The notes: generated by a model from the letters alone, not told the origin. A stretch of 64,000 nt of DNA from Eledone cirrhosa (GCA_964016885.1 OZ024743.1:215512001-215576000); one strand, 5' to 3'. Shown: positions 12,930-26,750, numbered from the stretch's first letter. Numbers and translations are program-made.

Positions 12930-13118
12930 CAAACAGCACGGACACTCTATCTCGAAATTATTTTTGAAAAGCATTTAGAAATGCGCAACCGGTAAAAACT
13001 TAGAAACTTAAAACCACAACTGAATACTAACCCATACAATCACTAATACTCTTTTATTCCTAATTAAACCATTTTTCAACTGTGAACAATTTGTCAGCAT
13101 TTTCTATTCCGTTTACCA

Positions 13119-13120
<2 letters not shown>
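12925..13120 (+). mobile_element. ~195 bp TA-inserted element, near-identical copy at 50319-50514, with hammerhead-like motif
   Basis: Both copies are flanked by (TA)n and contain TTGAAAA-gcatt taga aatgc-GCAA-CCGG-TA. Confidence 0.75.
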
Positions 13121-13571
<451 letters not shown>

Positions 13572-13646
13572 TACCCACTCTACTAACCTAAGTATTGAGT
13601 ACTCTGGTGCGTTATGGTCCAACTGGTTCCTTACCACACCCTCTTC

Positions 13647-13711
<65 letters not shown>

Positions 13712-13712
<1 letters not shown>

Positions 13713-16700
13713 TAGTAATAATAACAAATTTGAAGACTAAAATCCAAAGAGGGCTCGATAAGGATAAATATATATCAAATATATAAGAACCGTAGAGCAA
13801 ATATTTATTAAAATAACAGATTAAGGTTTAAGCAAAGAATCGCTGCTTTCATCCTTAACGGGATCTTCTGAAACTAACAAACTCAATCTGTAAACGCAGA
13901 AGTGGATATTTCAAAAAAAAGTTGCAAACGGAGGAAGACAGGAAGACGATACTTTGGTTCGTGGAAACGTTCCCTGGCAAAGAACGGGAAAAAACGATTA
14001 TAATACGTCATTAAGAGGAGCGGTGTAAAACAATTACGCGCAAAGACAGAACCACGTATGCTATAAGAGAGGTCGTAGACTAATGTTCCATTAGGTGGTT
14101 CATAGAGACGATCTCTGGCAATGAATGAAAAAAACGAAGATAATACGTCATATATGGAAAGTGGAGAACAATAGCACGCAATGATAAAACCACGTAAATG
14201 GTATAGCAGAAGTCGTAGACTAAAATTCTAAGTAGGAGACCGAATGAATCTCCGCTACAGAGTTAAGAACAAAGTAAATAAATACAATACAGAAGTAATA
14301 GAAATAAATACATACACGCAAACAAAATACGTACATACACAAGCATACGCACAACACTTACCATCGGTATACAAAACCACGCACATATAAATATGTGTGT
14401 GTGTGTATATGCATGTATACAGATAAATAAATAATGATATAAACGTATATAAATAAATAAATACGTATATAACAAGCGCAAACACATACATACATGTAAA
14501 TACACGAATATTCGGAGACGTAAGTCAACCAAAACATGAAGTACACATATACACACACCCTACATACGTACGAACCTGCATACTCACACAGACGCAAAAC
14601 TCCCGTATACACATAGCCAAACCATATGTACCAGAATATATAAAATTATACGCCATAACATAAACAATCAAATATACGTACGAGAAGGTATACGTACCTT
14701 CACAAAACATACGGGTAATATATACTTACCTATGTAAATAAGTAAAGGAATAAACAAAACATATACTTAGCTCCCACATCAAGACGTAAAATATCCACGT
14801 ATAAATCGTACTATCCGTTAGGGTATAACGTGGGGCTGTAATACAGGAAACTTTTGTGCAATTTATGTTTACAAGCCGAAATTGCCTCAGATTTTTTTGT
14901 TTAAGATGTGGTCTGTGGCGTAGAGTATTTCCAGGGCCTCAGCGGCGCAGAGGTCACATGGTCTTTTATTTCCGTTATACGATCTAGCCCGAGCTAGGAG
15001 CTCCCAGTGTAACTTATATTGGGTGTGGTTGTCTTTTAGACTCCATATATAAGCTGAAAGTGACGTCATATTCCTTCGTAGAGGGTAACGAAAAGAATGG
15101 GTATGCATGTAAAAACGCTGCTTGAATCTATTGGCGGTTAACCCTATGTAGGCCCTACGGGACGTGGGTGTTACAACCTTACATTTGTAGACAATGTTAC
15201 TAGAGAGGCATTTCCCAGATAGGGGGCAATCAACCCGATTCCTACAATCACAGTTAGTACTAACTACAAGGTTGCACGTGTTCCTACGGCCAGGTAGTTT
15301 AGGTAAATTTGAAGCTGTGATGTTATGTGCAAGGTTAGGAGTCGTAGAGTAAGAAATTTTAATAGTATTTCTATTAAACATTTTACTATATTTATGTGTA
15401 GGGGAAAATGCTTCGTAATAAGCGAAAGAAAGATCTTAGCTAATGGTGTGGCCACCTCCATATTATATGGTGGGTTATACCAACAAATGCGACGGGATCT
15501 ATTTCTTCTAGGTCTATTTTCGTACTCTGTATATGCTACCTTATCGACAAATCCACTTCGAGCAAGAGCTTCATTGTAATAAGTGGAATGTTCGTTGAAA
15601 ATACGCTCGTTGGTGGAAAGAAGGGAATCCCTCAACGAAACATTTCTTATCAGGTTCTTGGTTATGCTGGCAGGATGGTTGGAATGCTTACTTATGTAAT
15701 TAAGCGTATCAATCGGCTTTCTATACCGGCAATTCAACCCATTCAATAAATTGAGGGTAACGTCGAGGTAATTAACGACCGAGAGTTGGCCTCAACCTGT
15801 ATAGAGAGGTTGAAGCCTTTAAAGAAGGCTGTGAGTTATTTTCTGAACCTGGCTCTAGCACGAGCTCCGCACTTAGTCATGGTCAAAAGACCATCGTCAC
15901 GGTTCAAGCCACCGCCCGCGTTGGGGAATTCGTCTTTGATAGAGAAAAGAAGGAAAAGGCCAATAAGATCAGTAACCTCCGCAGTATCACTGGCGCCCAT
16001 ACTCACGTCGAATGGGGTACTATTGGATTTTTTAATCCAAATAGAGTCGTCGAAATTAATCACCGACTTTCGGGCATTGAGGGTGACATCAACTTCGAAA
16101 TCCTTAACCACTGTGAGTGTTTTAGCGAAATTGATAGCTCTAAGGAGAAGTGGTAAAGTGATGGAGGAGTAGTAATTGTTGATGTCGAATTGGATAAAAC
16201 GGCAATGTTCCTTGTTACATATGCCGTTGAACCAATCAATCACCGCGAAAGAATTGTTCCACAGTGCAAGAGGGGCCAAACTTCTAATTGCAGGTATAAT
16301 TCTATCAAGAATCGTTTTACTAAGTCTACCTAAATCGGATTTCGTAGGGTTAATAAGCCGAATAGAGGGGTTGTTCGGATAATTGGATTTGTGATCCTTC
16401 AGGGAGAAATAGGGTCCAGAGGTTCGGTCCGGTCCAGTGTGTTGAGATCAGATGTGATTTTAAACCCAGCATCTTTGATTTCATTGATGACGCACAGATT
16501 AGTTTTACGGTAATCCTAAGTTACAGCATTATGTAGTAGTTGATGGTAAGTACTGCGCTCCACTTGATATAGGTTGCCAGTTTTGTCGGAATGGACGTGC
16601 ACGGCATTAGAATCCATAATAGAACGAATTCTATTCTTCAGGTCTTGCTGGAAGGAATTGCCCCTATTCCGATATTTGATACTCCGAATGAGTTCCAAGA

Positions 16701-17224
16701 CATCCATCATTTTCGAAGGGTAGCAATGCTGGTTTACCCGGTGGGGGGGGGGGGGTTATTATAGGTTTTAAATCCAAATGTATCCTGTTTGTTGTCTGCT
16801 TTTCGCTTATCGAAATAAAAGGCACGCCAACGCAACCCTTGAATGAACGCGTCTGTTTTCTGTATCAGGAGTTTTAGATATGTTTTCCTGCTTGGTACGG
16901 GTATGTTCTTTGTAGAAATATTCAGATTTTGTTTCTGCATGATGAATATAAGTCAGTAGAGTGCTCAACGTGGTTCTCTATTTGCGCGTAATTGTTTTTC
17001 ACCGCTCCTATTAATGACGTATTATATTCGTTTTTTCCCGTTCTTTGCCAGCGAACGTTACTACGAACCAAAGTATCGTCTTCCTGTCTTCCTCCTGTTG
17101 CAACGTTTTTTTGAAATATCCACTTCTGCGTTTACAGATTGAGTTTGTTAGTTTCAGAAGATCCCGTTAAGGGTGAAAGCAGCGATTCTTTGCTTAAACT
17201 TTAATCTGTTATTTTAATAAATAT
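13712..17224 (-). mobile_element. Penelope-like element, near full length, with inverted pLTR copy at the 5' end
   Basis: RT plus C-terminal GIY-YIG ORF. 13800-14056 is the reverse complement of 16968-17224. Both ends abut (TA)n. Confidence 0.92.
14850..16940 (-). pseudogene. PLE RT-GIY-YIG polyprotein, frameshifted
   Basis: KNIPVPS..LRWRAFYF, SDKTGNLY, FDINNYYSSI, SMGASDTAEV, NRDDGL, YRKP..YISKHSNHP, WYNPPY, CDCRNRVDCPL, IVYKC..AYIGLT..FKQRF, CDLC. Confidence 0.9.
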
Positions 17225-17251
17225 ATACATATATATAAATATATATATACA

Positions 17252-17291
<40 letters not shown>

Positions 17292-17370
17292 TCTACTCTC
17301 AAGCGTGAAGCTAATACCAACACTGTTCGTAACTGCACCCCTTGTTATTACTTTTGTTTTTTACTTTTCC

Positions 17371-17444
<74 letters not shown>

Positions 17445-17609
17445 CCCAACCCCAGTAAATCGTATAGAGCATCGGCCGAAAACGCAATACCAACTAAATA
17501 TACCAGCTGCTTTAGACTCTAGAGATGTTTTATTACTTTTTACTATTTAATTTTATTATTCTTATATTTTATTTATTTATTATATATATATATGTATGTA
17601 TATATCACA

Positions 17610-17910
17610 ATACGGCGTTAGTTCAGAACTATCTGTCGAAACGGCCGTAGCTCAGCCGGAAGCAGGTGGACCATAACGCAGGAGAGTATTCGGTACTTTG
17701 GATAGTAGAGTGGGTAATAGGAAAAGGAGTAGGAACCCGACGGCTGAGCTCCGGCCTTTTCGACAGAGTTCTGAACTAACGCAGTATTGTTAGCACAGTA
17801 GTATTCTGGCCGAACTTATCAAGGGATAATTTTATATATGGGCATGCACTCATGTCAAACAGTTCTCAAAGTTTTTTTTATCAGGGGAGTGGTCAACATT
17901 TTTGTAAACA
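17610..17910 (-). mobile_element. PLE-type terminal fragment with short inverted arms
   Basis: 17615-17658 is inverted relative to 17741-17782. Related to 12337-12520. Confidence 0.5.
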
Positions 17911-18463
17911 CAATTAAATTCCTTCATGGGAATTCTATACAGCTATCTCTTAAAGGGGTTAGGGAACTTATGATGAATAACGAAATCGTGGAATTAGCGT
18001 TGGCTAGGAGGCAGAGCAAATAGAATTTGATACAAAATTCCAAATTAATAAAATTTATAAAATTTAAGCAAATAGAATCTGATACACAATTCCAAATTAA
18101 TAAAATCTACAAAATTTAGTTATTAGTTCATCCAAAACACTAAAACAACGTCTCATAATGGTAAATTATCAATAATATCTTCTGTAATGATGCACACCAT
18201 CCCCCAAAGAAAAGAGGAAACAACGGTTATATTTTCGGCGAGTGCTATATAGATACAACAGGAGTGGAAGTATTAGGGTTAATCAAAGGAAGAATGAGGC
18301 TGAAAATAAGCGATAGGCCGCCTAATTGTAAAGGAGTGTGCAACTAATGCGGAAAAAAGGAAAGTAATATCTGATAGAGAATTATTGGGGACTTGTTTTT
18401 GCCTAACCTTACTTATTTCATGGCAAGGGCCCTTTCTACACACACACACACACACACACTCAC

Positions 18464-18494
<31 letters not shown>

Positions 18495-21400
18495 TTTTTT
18501 CCTTCACAAATGTCTATATATGCCTGCTATTTGTTTGTGAAGGAACGAATCATTTAGTGAAATAGAAATCGATGCATATGTATTGGTGTCGATATGACGA
18601 ATGTGATCCCTTAAAAGCAGTGCACCATGATGGTTGTGGTCTAATGTATGACACATATAATTAGATATCTGGTCAACAGATAAAAGAGATAAAGAGCAAC
18701 ATGAACAGCACCAAGTATATCATTTGATTTGAGTTCTACGGTTATTTTAGGTATGTTGGATATATTTTATTTTTCATAATCTTTCATTAATCCCTGTGAT
18801 GTTCGCAACTAAATCGCTTCTTTGATACTCTCTCATTAACTTTAATAATCGTATCAGTTGCATATCCCAGGATTTTATGACAATTACATCTTCATACGTT
18901 TTAAGTTGTTTATAATCAAAGCACATACGCCCATTACCCCCAATCATACTAATCGTTTTAAATGTAATTACACGTAAAACGATCACTATTGTTTGTTTCT
19001 AAATAACTTTGAATAATTTGTATGCATTACAAAACAACTATTTTACTTTAAGAGCTTTGCCGTATGGGCCATGGATAAATTGCTGAAATAGGAGCTAATC
19101 ATTGATTGCATAGCGAAACGTAACGAAGAAATCAGCTTCAATAATTGTGTAATGAAAAAGTTGTAGATTCTAAATTCTATAATTAAGGTATTAGCTATAT
19201 ATACATTGTTTACATGCAACATATCTTTTAGGTGGTTTAATTAATTAAACTGCAATATGCATAACGATACTTACAACCAGAAATCATCAAACCATCTAAA
19301 ATCTACCGAGCGAAGTTTATTATATGTGGTTAAGGTAGGTTTCACTGCAATACATTGTTTTTTCTCAGAAATATTGTGAATGGAATTATGTTTGATCTAC
19401 ATTGTTTTTCAAATTTCAGTTTCATTTACGCTTTTATATGTGCAAGCTTGTGTATTCAGATAGAATATATGCAAAACTTCCACACATTCCATAGAACCTA
19501 TGCGATTCGTGCCCCTCATTCTCTATATGTGCAACTTATTGCAGTTTCCAGACATCGCTGGATATAGAAAGGGCATTCGGAAAAGATCCAATCACTACAT
19601 GTCTACACAATATTTACCCCACCACCATCATCACCACTCATGAGCAGAAATCTACTCCGCCGTTTTATTTTTCATGCTGTTTTCTAAACTAATATCCGAA
19701 ACGTAAATTCCTCTCCCTCTCCTTCATAAGGATATTTGACATGAAGTTGAAACCAGTATCATTTGTTCATGTCATGTTTCGTCTTAGGAAATCTAGAATC
19801 AAACGAATTAAATAAAAAATATCTGATACAGCGGACATTTAGCACTTATATTTATAAAATTCTTAGCATTAATTTCCATTTCAAAACATATTCTTGTAGT
19901 TACCATTTTACATGTTGTAAAATGTATACCCTACCTTTTTTCTAAAGTTTACATATACTATTGCATTGTTTTGGTACATTATATTATACTTCCAAACACA
20001 CCAGCTGTTCACCTATAAACTAAATACAAACGTCGACTGTTGACACATTCACGATTACCGTCTAGCTATATAATATATGGCTATATAATTAATGCGGCAA
20101 TTCTTCACGTTAGGAACTTTTGTTTTTAATACTAATGAAAGACATTAAGTGTGATATAGCTGTCATTAATGGTCATTGAACAACTGGAGACATTTTACCT
20201 TGAACAGAAATCACATATGATTCAAACAGTAAAAAAAATTATGTTTCAAAACTATATTTCCAGCTGCTGAAGACATTCTTAACTAGATATTTCATAGAAA
20301 AGCAGCCTGAATATAAATGACACGATGTGACTGCATCCCCAGACGTTTATAAAATATTTTAAGAAAAGAGATTATTTATGGTTCAATGTTGATATTTTCT
20401 TGTCGATGGCAAATGTTATTTCTCTTCCGGTGAACATTCGGTTATTTCGGCGAGTAGGAATTTGCATCCATACTTGAGATGGTCTGTTATAAATATACAT
20501 ACATTAATTGAGTAGAAAGGTTAGATTTCAATATCGTACTGCCGAAAAAAAGGATTACTATACAAGTTCATTGCTAATTTCAAAAATTAAAAGATTTGCT
20601 TCATCACGTTATATATATATATATTTGACTTCTAAAAGGGATATCATATATACATAAACACCAGTACATTTTTAAAACTTCAGGCGATCTATTACCTCTC
20701 CTGTTATAATTGAATAGTATTTCGGATACCATATGAGACAATAAATCAATAACCCTGTATGTCATTATGTGTAACTCTTGTCCGTATATTTTAAAATTGA
20801 ATTCGTGCAAAAGATAGCATTTCATTGAGCCTCGCATCAGTAAAAATGCAACACAATAATGCCACATGGAACATAATTACTTGCTCATATATCAGATTTC
20901 GTATTTATAAATAATGGCTCAATATTTTGTAAGCTTATATATATATTTATGTGCATTTGCTTTGATTTCTTGATTGTGTAGTCAAGCATCCGATTTGTCT
21001 TAAACATTTATAAATGTGCTTACAGTTTTAGGTTAGGAATGTATTAGAAACTCAAAGCCATTATATATTTTAATTTTCAAAACTTACAAATACATAATTT
21101 GCATGTTGATATTAAATATGTATGTACAAACATAGTACAAACGTACGAGGAAAGAGTGGAATGACAACATTTCGTATTTCTGCTCTGGGAATAGAGCCAT
21201 TGAATACAAAAAATGTGCAACAATGACTTCATCAGAAAGTGAGCTAATATACAGATGACACCGATATATTTTCACAAAGGTAATGAGGATGTGTCTTCCA
21301 TCAAAACTACCGTGTGATGATAATAACAATATATACATCCCGAATTGATGGACACCTTTCAAAGAAAACAGCCAACTTTCAATTAAAATATGAATCTGGC

Positions 21401-21719
21401 GCGTTTACCAAAAGTCAATTTTTCTTCAACTTGAAGAAATCTAAATATTTTATTCAAGATTCACATTTTACCGCTGTGTTATATATGCATCTTCAGAATA
21501 TCCGCAAAATACATATTAGCAAAGAAATATAGACATATTAGTCGGCCTATATTGAAAGGAAAGACAGTTCGGGGAAGAATGTAATATAAGGGCATCAATT
21601 TGAGTGCTAACGATCATTTTGTAAAATATTTCATTGATTCATATATTCACCTATAATATCTATTCGGCATTGATATTCTACATTATAAGAATACCGATTA
21701 TGAACAGAGGCAGTTGATT

Positions 21720-22169
21720 AAACGCTAATTATCTAATGCAAGAGACACAATGAATAAACAAACGTTTCATGTTGAAGACTACCTATGTGAGAACTGTAGC
21801 GAGACCAACTAAATATTTACAGCAACGGGCAGCACCAATCTTTTGAACGGATCTGGTGAATTACAATTAATTGCATGCTGTAGGACCACATCACTGGTTA
21901 GAATTTAACTTACATTCTACCACAAACAGGTTTGGAGGACCTGGAGAGTATGAATTGGCAACATAGTCAGAGAACCTTCAACCTTCTGACTATCCACAGA
22001 ACCTTCAACCATCAAGGTTGTTTTCACGCGGGTATGTCAACATTTATAAAACACATTTTGTATTTTATCTGATGAAAACGCACCAAAATTTGCCTTGGTT
22101 GCCCTTGAAATATATATGATAAAATAATTATGGTTTTATAAATATAGTTTCCATTTATTAATATATTGT

Positions 22170-22200
<31 letters not shown>

Positions 22201-22440
22201 AAGTTATATTTAAAATTGTTGGGTTACAACTAGTAAATATTTATAACTGATATAAAAGCACTCGACAAATACTTGGAGTATATTTACAATATTAAATAAA
22301 TGGAAAACTATATTTATAAAACCATATTTATTTCATTATATATATTTCGGGGATATCATATTAACAATATGCTATGCCTTCATCAGACAAAATACAATAT
22401 AAACAGTTTTATAGATAAATATATTCGACATACCGTATAT
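21720..22440 (+). mobile_element. Decayed PLE 3' end plus opposed terminal repeat, two hammerhead motifs (22061-22126 plus; ~22330-22395 minus)
   Basis: attttat-CTGATGA(22069)..GAAA(22107)-tatatatg-ataaaat, with a minus-strand CTGATGA..GAAA tatata TA. The same family occurs at 33.6 kb and 49.5-50.3 kb. Confidence 0.65.
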
Positions 22441-23029
22441 ATATATATATATATATATATACACAACAACACAAGCTCTCTTTCTCTTATATTCCCCTTC
22501 TCTGTCTCCTCTCCCTCTCTTTATTTCTCTCTTTCAATCTACTCTCTCATAACCACTATCTCTTTGTCTCTTTCTTTCTCTCTCTCTATCACCGTTTATG
22601 AAGGTAACCGTGGACCGATTAACGGAAACTTGTTTTATTCCATTTGCATTTCCATTTCAGGGTCAACTTCCTTTCAAAGTATTTTCCGATAACTCGCCCT
22701 TTTTGCTGTATTACATAACAGACAATCAAGCAAGCAAACAATCACAGACTTTTAGTAATATATATATATATATATATATATATGTGTATATGTGTTTCTG
22801 CGTGTGTCTATGTGTGTCCATGTATATTAACGAATAAGAGGTTTTGAAACTTCCTCATCTATCAAGGATCATACCGCTATGTAAATCTCTCTTTTTACAT
22901 ATCCACACAACCCGCATCCACACCAACTCAATCACACGCACACACACGCGCACACACACACACACACACCACACACATATATATATAAATGTAATAAATA
23001 TTTGGTCTACTGGTTAATATATATATATC

Positions 23030-23060
<31 letters not shown>

Positions 23061-23062
23061 GT

Positions 23063-23110
23063 ATAATCCTTATCGAGCCATCTTCGGATTTTAGTCTTCA
23101 TATTTACTAT

Positions 23111-23176
<66 letters not shown>

Positions 23177-23222
23177 ATAATAAATATGAAGACTAAAATC
23201 CGAAGACGGCTCGATAAGGATA
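23063..23222. repeat. Inverted repeat (~50 bp arms) around (TA)n; arm related to 13712-13767
   Basis: atccttatcgagccatcttcggattttagtcttcatattta / taaatatgaagactaaaatccgaagacggctcgataaggat. Confidence 0.85.
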
Positions 23223-23242
23223 TATATATATATATATATATA

Positions 23243-25055
23243 AAGTATGAAATAGAAAACACAGGTAAGCATTAAGGGAAGGATTTTATCCAGGTATTTA
23301 CGACCGTTTCATTGGAAAGTGCAACCTTATATTACTATACTACAAATAACAGCCAATCAATTACAATTTTTGTTCACAGGCCACATTTTCAAAATAGTGA
23401 GTAAGTTACTCTTGAAATAATTCTTAATATATAGAGAAAAACATTTATTTGGAATTGTATTTACTAGTATAGAGAGAGAGAGGAATCAGAAGGTGAGGGA
23501 ACAAACGGAATAGTATAGAGAGAGAGGAATCAGAAGGTGAGGGAACAAACGGAATAGTATAGAGAGAGAGATGGAGGGAGGGGTAGAGGTGGAAGGATTC
23601 CTTGATCAGTTTTGATATTCAGACTTCATGTCGTGGAATGTAGTGAGGTAAAGAGAATTAAATTGATCATAGTGGGAGGGATGGATAGAGATAGAGAGAG
23701 AGATGTGGGGGGAGGTGATATAAAGAGATAAATATATATACAAAAAATAAAGTTAAAAATAATAATGACAAAAATAATAGGAAAGAAGGGGGGGCGGAGA
23801 AGAAAAGAAAAGATAGCCAAGAATGGGAGGGAAGGAAGGAAGAAAACGAAGAAATAGAATAGGAATAAAGGAGAAGGGGGATATAGGTATTGGTTTTTGT
23901 GGGTAATTATAAGGGTTTAGATACAACATAATGAATGTATGCAGTCTAACCTGGTTTACCAATGCACAGTGGAATCAGACAACCAGAAATGGTATTACAT
24001 CGGAGAGACTGGGAATATATTTAAAGCCCGTTGGTATACACACCGTTACGCAATGAACATTCCCAGCATCGTTATGTAACTACCCTTGCAAACAAGACCT
24101 GGCAACTGAGGGATGTAACCATCAATACACCCTTAAGTGGAAAAAATTATCGAACGCGTACCCATATCAGAGTGGTATGAGAAGCTGTCGATTATGCGAC
24201 CTTGAGTTGTTCCACATCTTGAGTTTGAAGAATAAGTTACTCAACAATAAAATCGAAATATCAAGTTATTGTGACCATAGACTCAAAGAGAAGTTTTCGC
24301 ACTACAAGTGCAAATCGAACCCTTAACCTCTTACTACCAACTGACAAACTGCATATACTTAGACTTTATACCCTCTTGTTGTATGTAAACCCTTTAATTA
24401 CCCACAAAAACCAATACCTATATCCCCCCTTCTCCTTTATTCCTCTTCTATTTCTTCTATTTCTTCCTTCCTTCCCTCCCCTTCTTGGCTATCTTTTCTT
24501 TTCTTCTTTCTCCCCTCTTCTTTGCTTTTATTTTTGTCATTGTTATCTTTATCTTTATTTTTTATATATATATATATATATCTTTATATCTCCCATCCCC
24601 TCTCTCTCTATCTCTATCCATCCCACCCACTATGATGAATTTAATTCTCTTTAACTCACTACATTCCACGACATGAAGTCTGAATATCAAAACTGATCAG
24701 TGAATCCTTCCACTTCCACCCCTCCATCTCAGTTTGTCACTCTACTTCCTACCCCTTCTTCCTTCCCCTCTCTCTCTATAATATTCCGTTTGTCCCCTCA
24801 CCTTCTGATTCCTCTCTCTCTCTATACTAGTAAATACAATTCCAAATAAATGTTTTTCTCTATATATTAAGAATTATTTCAAGAGTAACTTAATCACTAT
24901 TTTGAAAATTTGGACTGTGAACAACAATTATAATTGAGTGGCTGCTATTTGCGGTATAGTAATATAAGGTTGCACTTACCAATGAAACGGTCGTAAATAC
25001 CTGGATAAAATCCTTCCCTTAATGCTTACCAGTGTTTTCTCTTTTATACTTTATA
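23243..25055 (+). mobile_element. 5'-truncated Penelope-like element with ~700 bp inverted copy of its 3' region
   Basis: 23951-24290 translates (with frameshift) to LVYQCTVESDNQKWYYIGETGNIFKARWYTH and KWKKLSNAYPYQSGMRSCRLCDLELFHIL..LLNNKIEISSYCDHR (GIY-YIG). 23243-23945 is the reverse complement of ~24347-25050. Confidence 0.88.
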
Positions 25056-25184
25056 CGCCAAGAATGAACGGAATAATTCTTACACACTTGTGGAGTTACC
25101 CCTAACCGTACGTTGAAACCATCCATGAAACTGGCTTCCTTAACCACGAACTGGATCACAAAAGGCAATGTTCTGCTTCCCTAA

Positions 25185-25230
<46 letters not shown>

Positions 25231-25233
<3 letters not shown>

Positions 25234-25970
25234 ATAAATGAAGAATAAGAAATAGAATGGTCTGTAATGCGAAGAAATACCTATGATGGCTAGTAGACCA
25301 CTGATGACGAATATCCTGGCTTCTATTTCTAATTCTTCAATTATCATATATATACTATTTGCATCAGCACAGATCGCGATTTTTCATTCATATATGCTTT
25401 CCCCTTCCCTCTGACCTGTCTTTTTCTCTTCCCTTACTGCTATCCTCTTTCTCCCCCCACCCCCTTCTCTCCTTCTCCCACTTCCTTTCACTCACCCCCT
25501 CTGCTAGTCACCCTCTCTCGGCTAGCCTCTTCCTCACACTTTCACTCACTCACTCTCTGCTACTCACCTTGTCTCTCACTTCCTCCATCCTCCCACACCG
25601 TACGGGATTCTTTCCTTGCTCACATCCGCACGGCCAAGATGTGTCTTTGCCTTCTCGTCAATATTCGCAAGGTCTTATGTTCATAATGAATTATTGATTT
25701 GATTTTCTCATGTTTTCCTCTCTTTACGTTGCCTCACCATTCGTATTTGTTTACCTGTCTCTCTTTCTCCACCCAACTATTTTTATCCCAATAACTTAAT
25801 TTAGTTATTGTATCGCCCTAGCTTGAGGTATATGGTCTGTAATGCGAAGAAATACCTATGATGGCTAGTAGACCACTGATGATGGATATTCCTGGCTTCT
25901 ATTTCTACTTCTTCATTTATTATATATATCCTATATGCAACAACACAGCTCGCCATTTTTCATTCATATA
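25231..25970 (+). mobile_element. Non-coding retro-element: 575 bp unit with ~135 bp terminal direct repeat and short 5' inverted piece
   Basis: 25258-25393 repeats at 25833-25969. The body is pyrimidine-rich, 25231-25257 is the reverse complement of ~25897-25922, and the flanks are TA. Confidence 0.75.
25789..25890 (+). ncRNA. Candidate rearranged (pseudoknotted, kink-turn) hammerhead ribozyme
   Basis: Stem III AGGTAT/ATACCT next to GAA, H17 = A25832, stem I TGGTCTG/TAGACCA directly before CTGATGA(25876). Kink-turn extension CTAGCT-T-GA / TAT-GA-T-GGCTAG. TCGC/GCGA helix. Covaries with the 31.4 and 61.0 kb copies. Confidence 0.6.
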
Positions 25971-26016
25971 AATATATATATACATATGTATATATATATA
26001 CAGAATGAGATGGAGG

Positions 26017-26135
<119 letters not shown>

Positions 26136-26750
26136 GGCAATATATGTAATGCAAAAAACGTATGCGCAGGCAAAAAATACCATATTTCGAATACTCAACT
26201 ATCTAATAAGTATTTATAAAGTGTATTTCCCTTGAAACAAAACTGAAGGAAATCGTTCAAATATATTGCTTACTTTCATATGAGACACAAATTATCAAAA
26301 TATACCTCTGATAATTGAAATTAAGTTGTTTAAGTATATGGACGAAAGAGCAAGCGAAAAACATTCAGTTATTATGTATTAAATGACATTCAACTATTCT
26401 GATTCTAGCTTCACCTGTTATGACAGAAACTTTATACGGAAAATTCTTGCAACATTAGCTTAGGAAGTGCTATACGATCACATGTTATCATAATGATCTG
26501 ATAACTGCCTCTCCTATTATTTCAATCTTAGTTATGGTGCTATATTGTAAGAAAGGCTTACTTTTCGATGCATTTAGCATATGGACAATATGACATCTCG
26601 TTATATTTTAAGAACGGGTTTCGTTCGTTATTTCTTTGATTCTTTCTTTCATTCCTCCGTTCAATATATTTCTCTACTTGCTTCTTTATCATTTGTTATA
26701 ACATTTTATCGTTTTGATATTATTATTCATAATATTATTATTATAATATA

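Noticed and set aside
18500-21700. Repeat-poor stretch as possible host exons
   Set aside because: No ORF with recognisable protein features or supportable splice structure. Small exons cannot be excluded without RNA-seq.
25858-25882. Box C/D snoRNA (AUGAUG...CUGA)
   Set aside because: There is no room for a guide. The C-box-like strand pairs better with the upstream UUGA/CUGGA as a kink-turn, supported by covariation.
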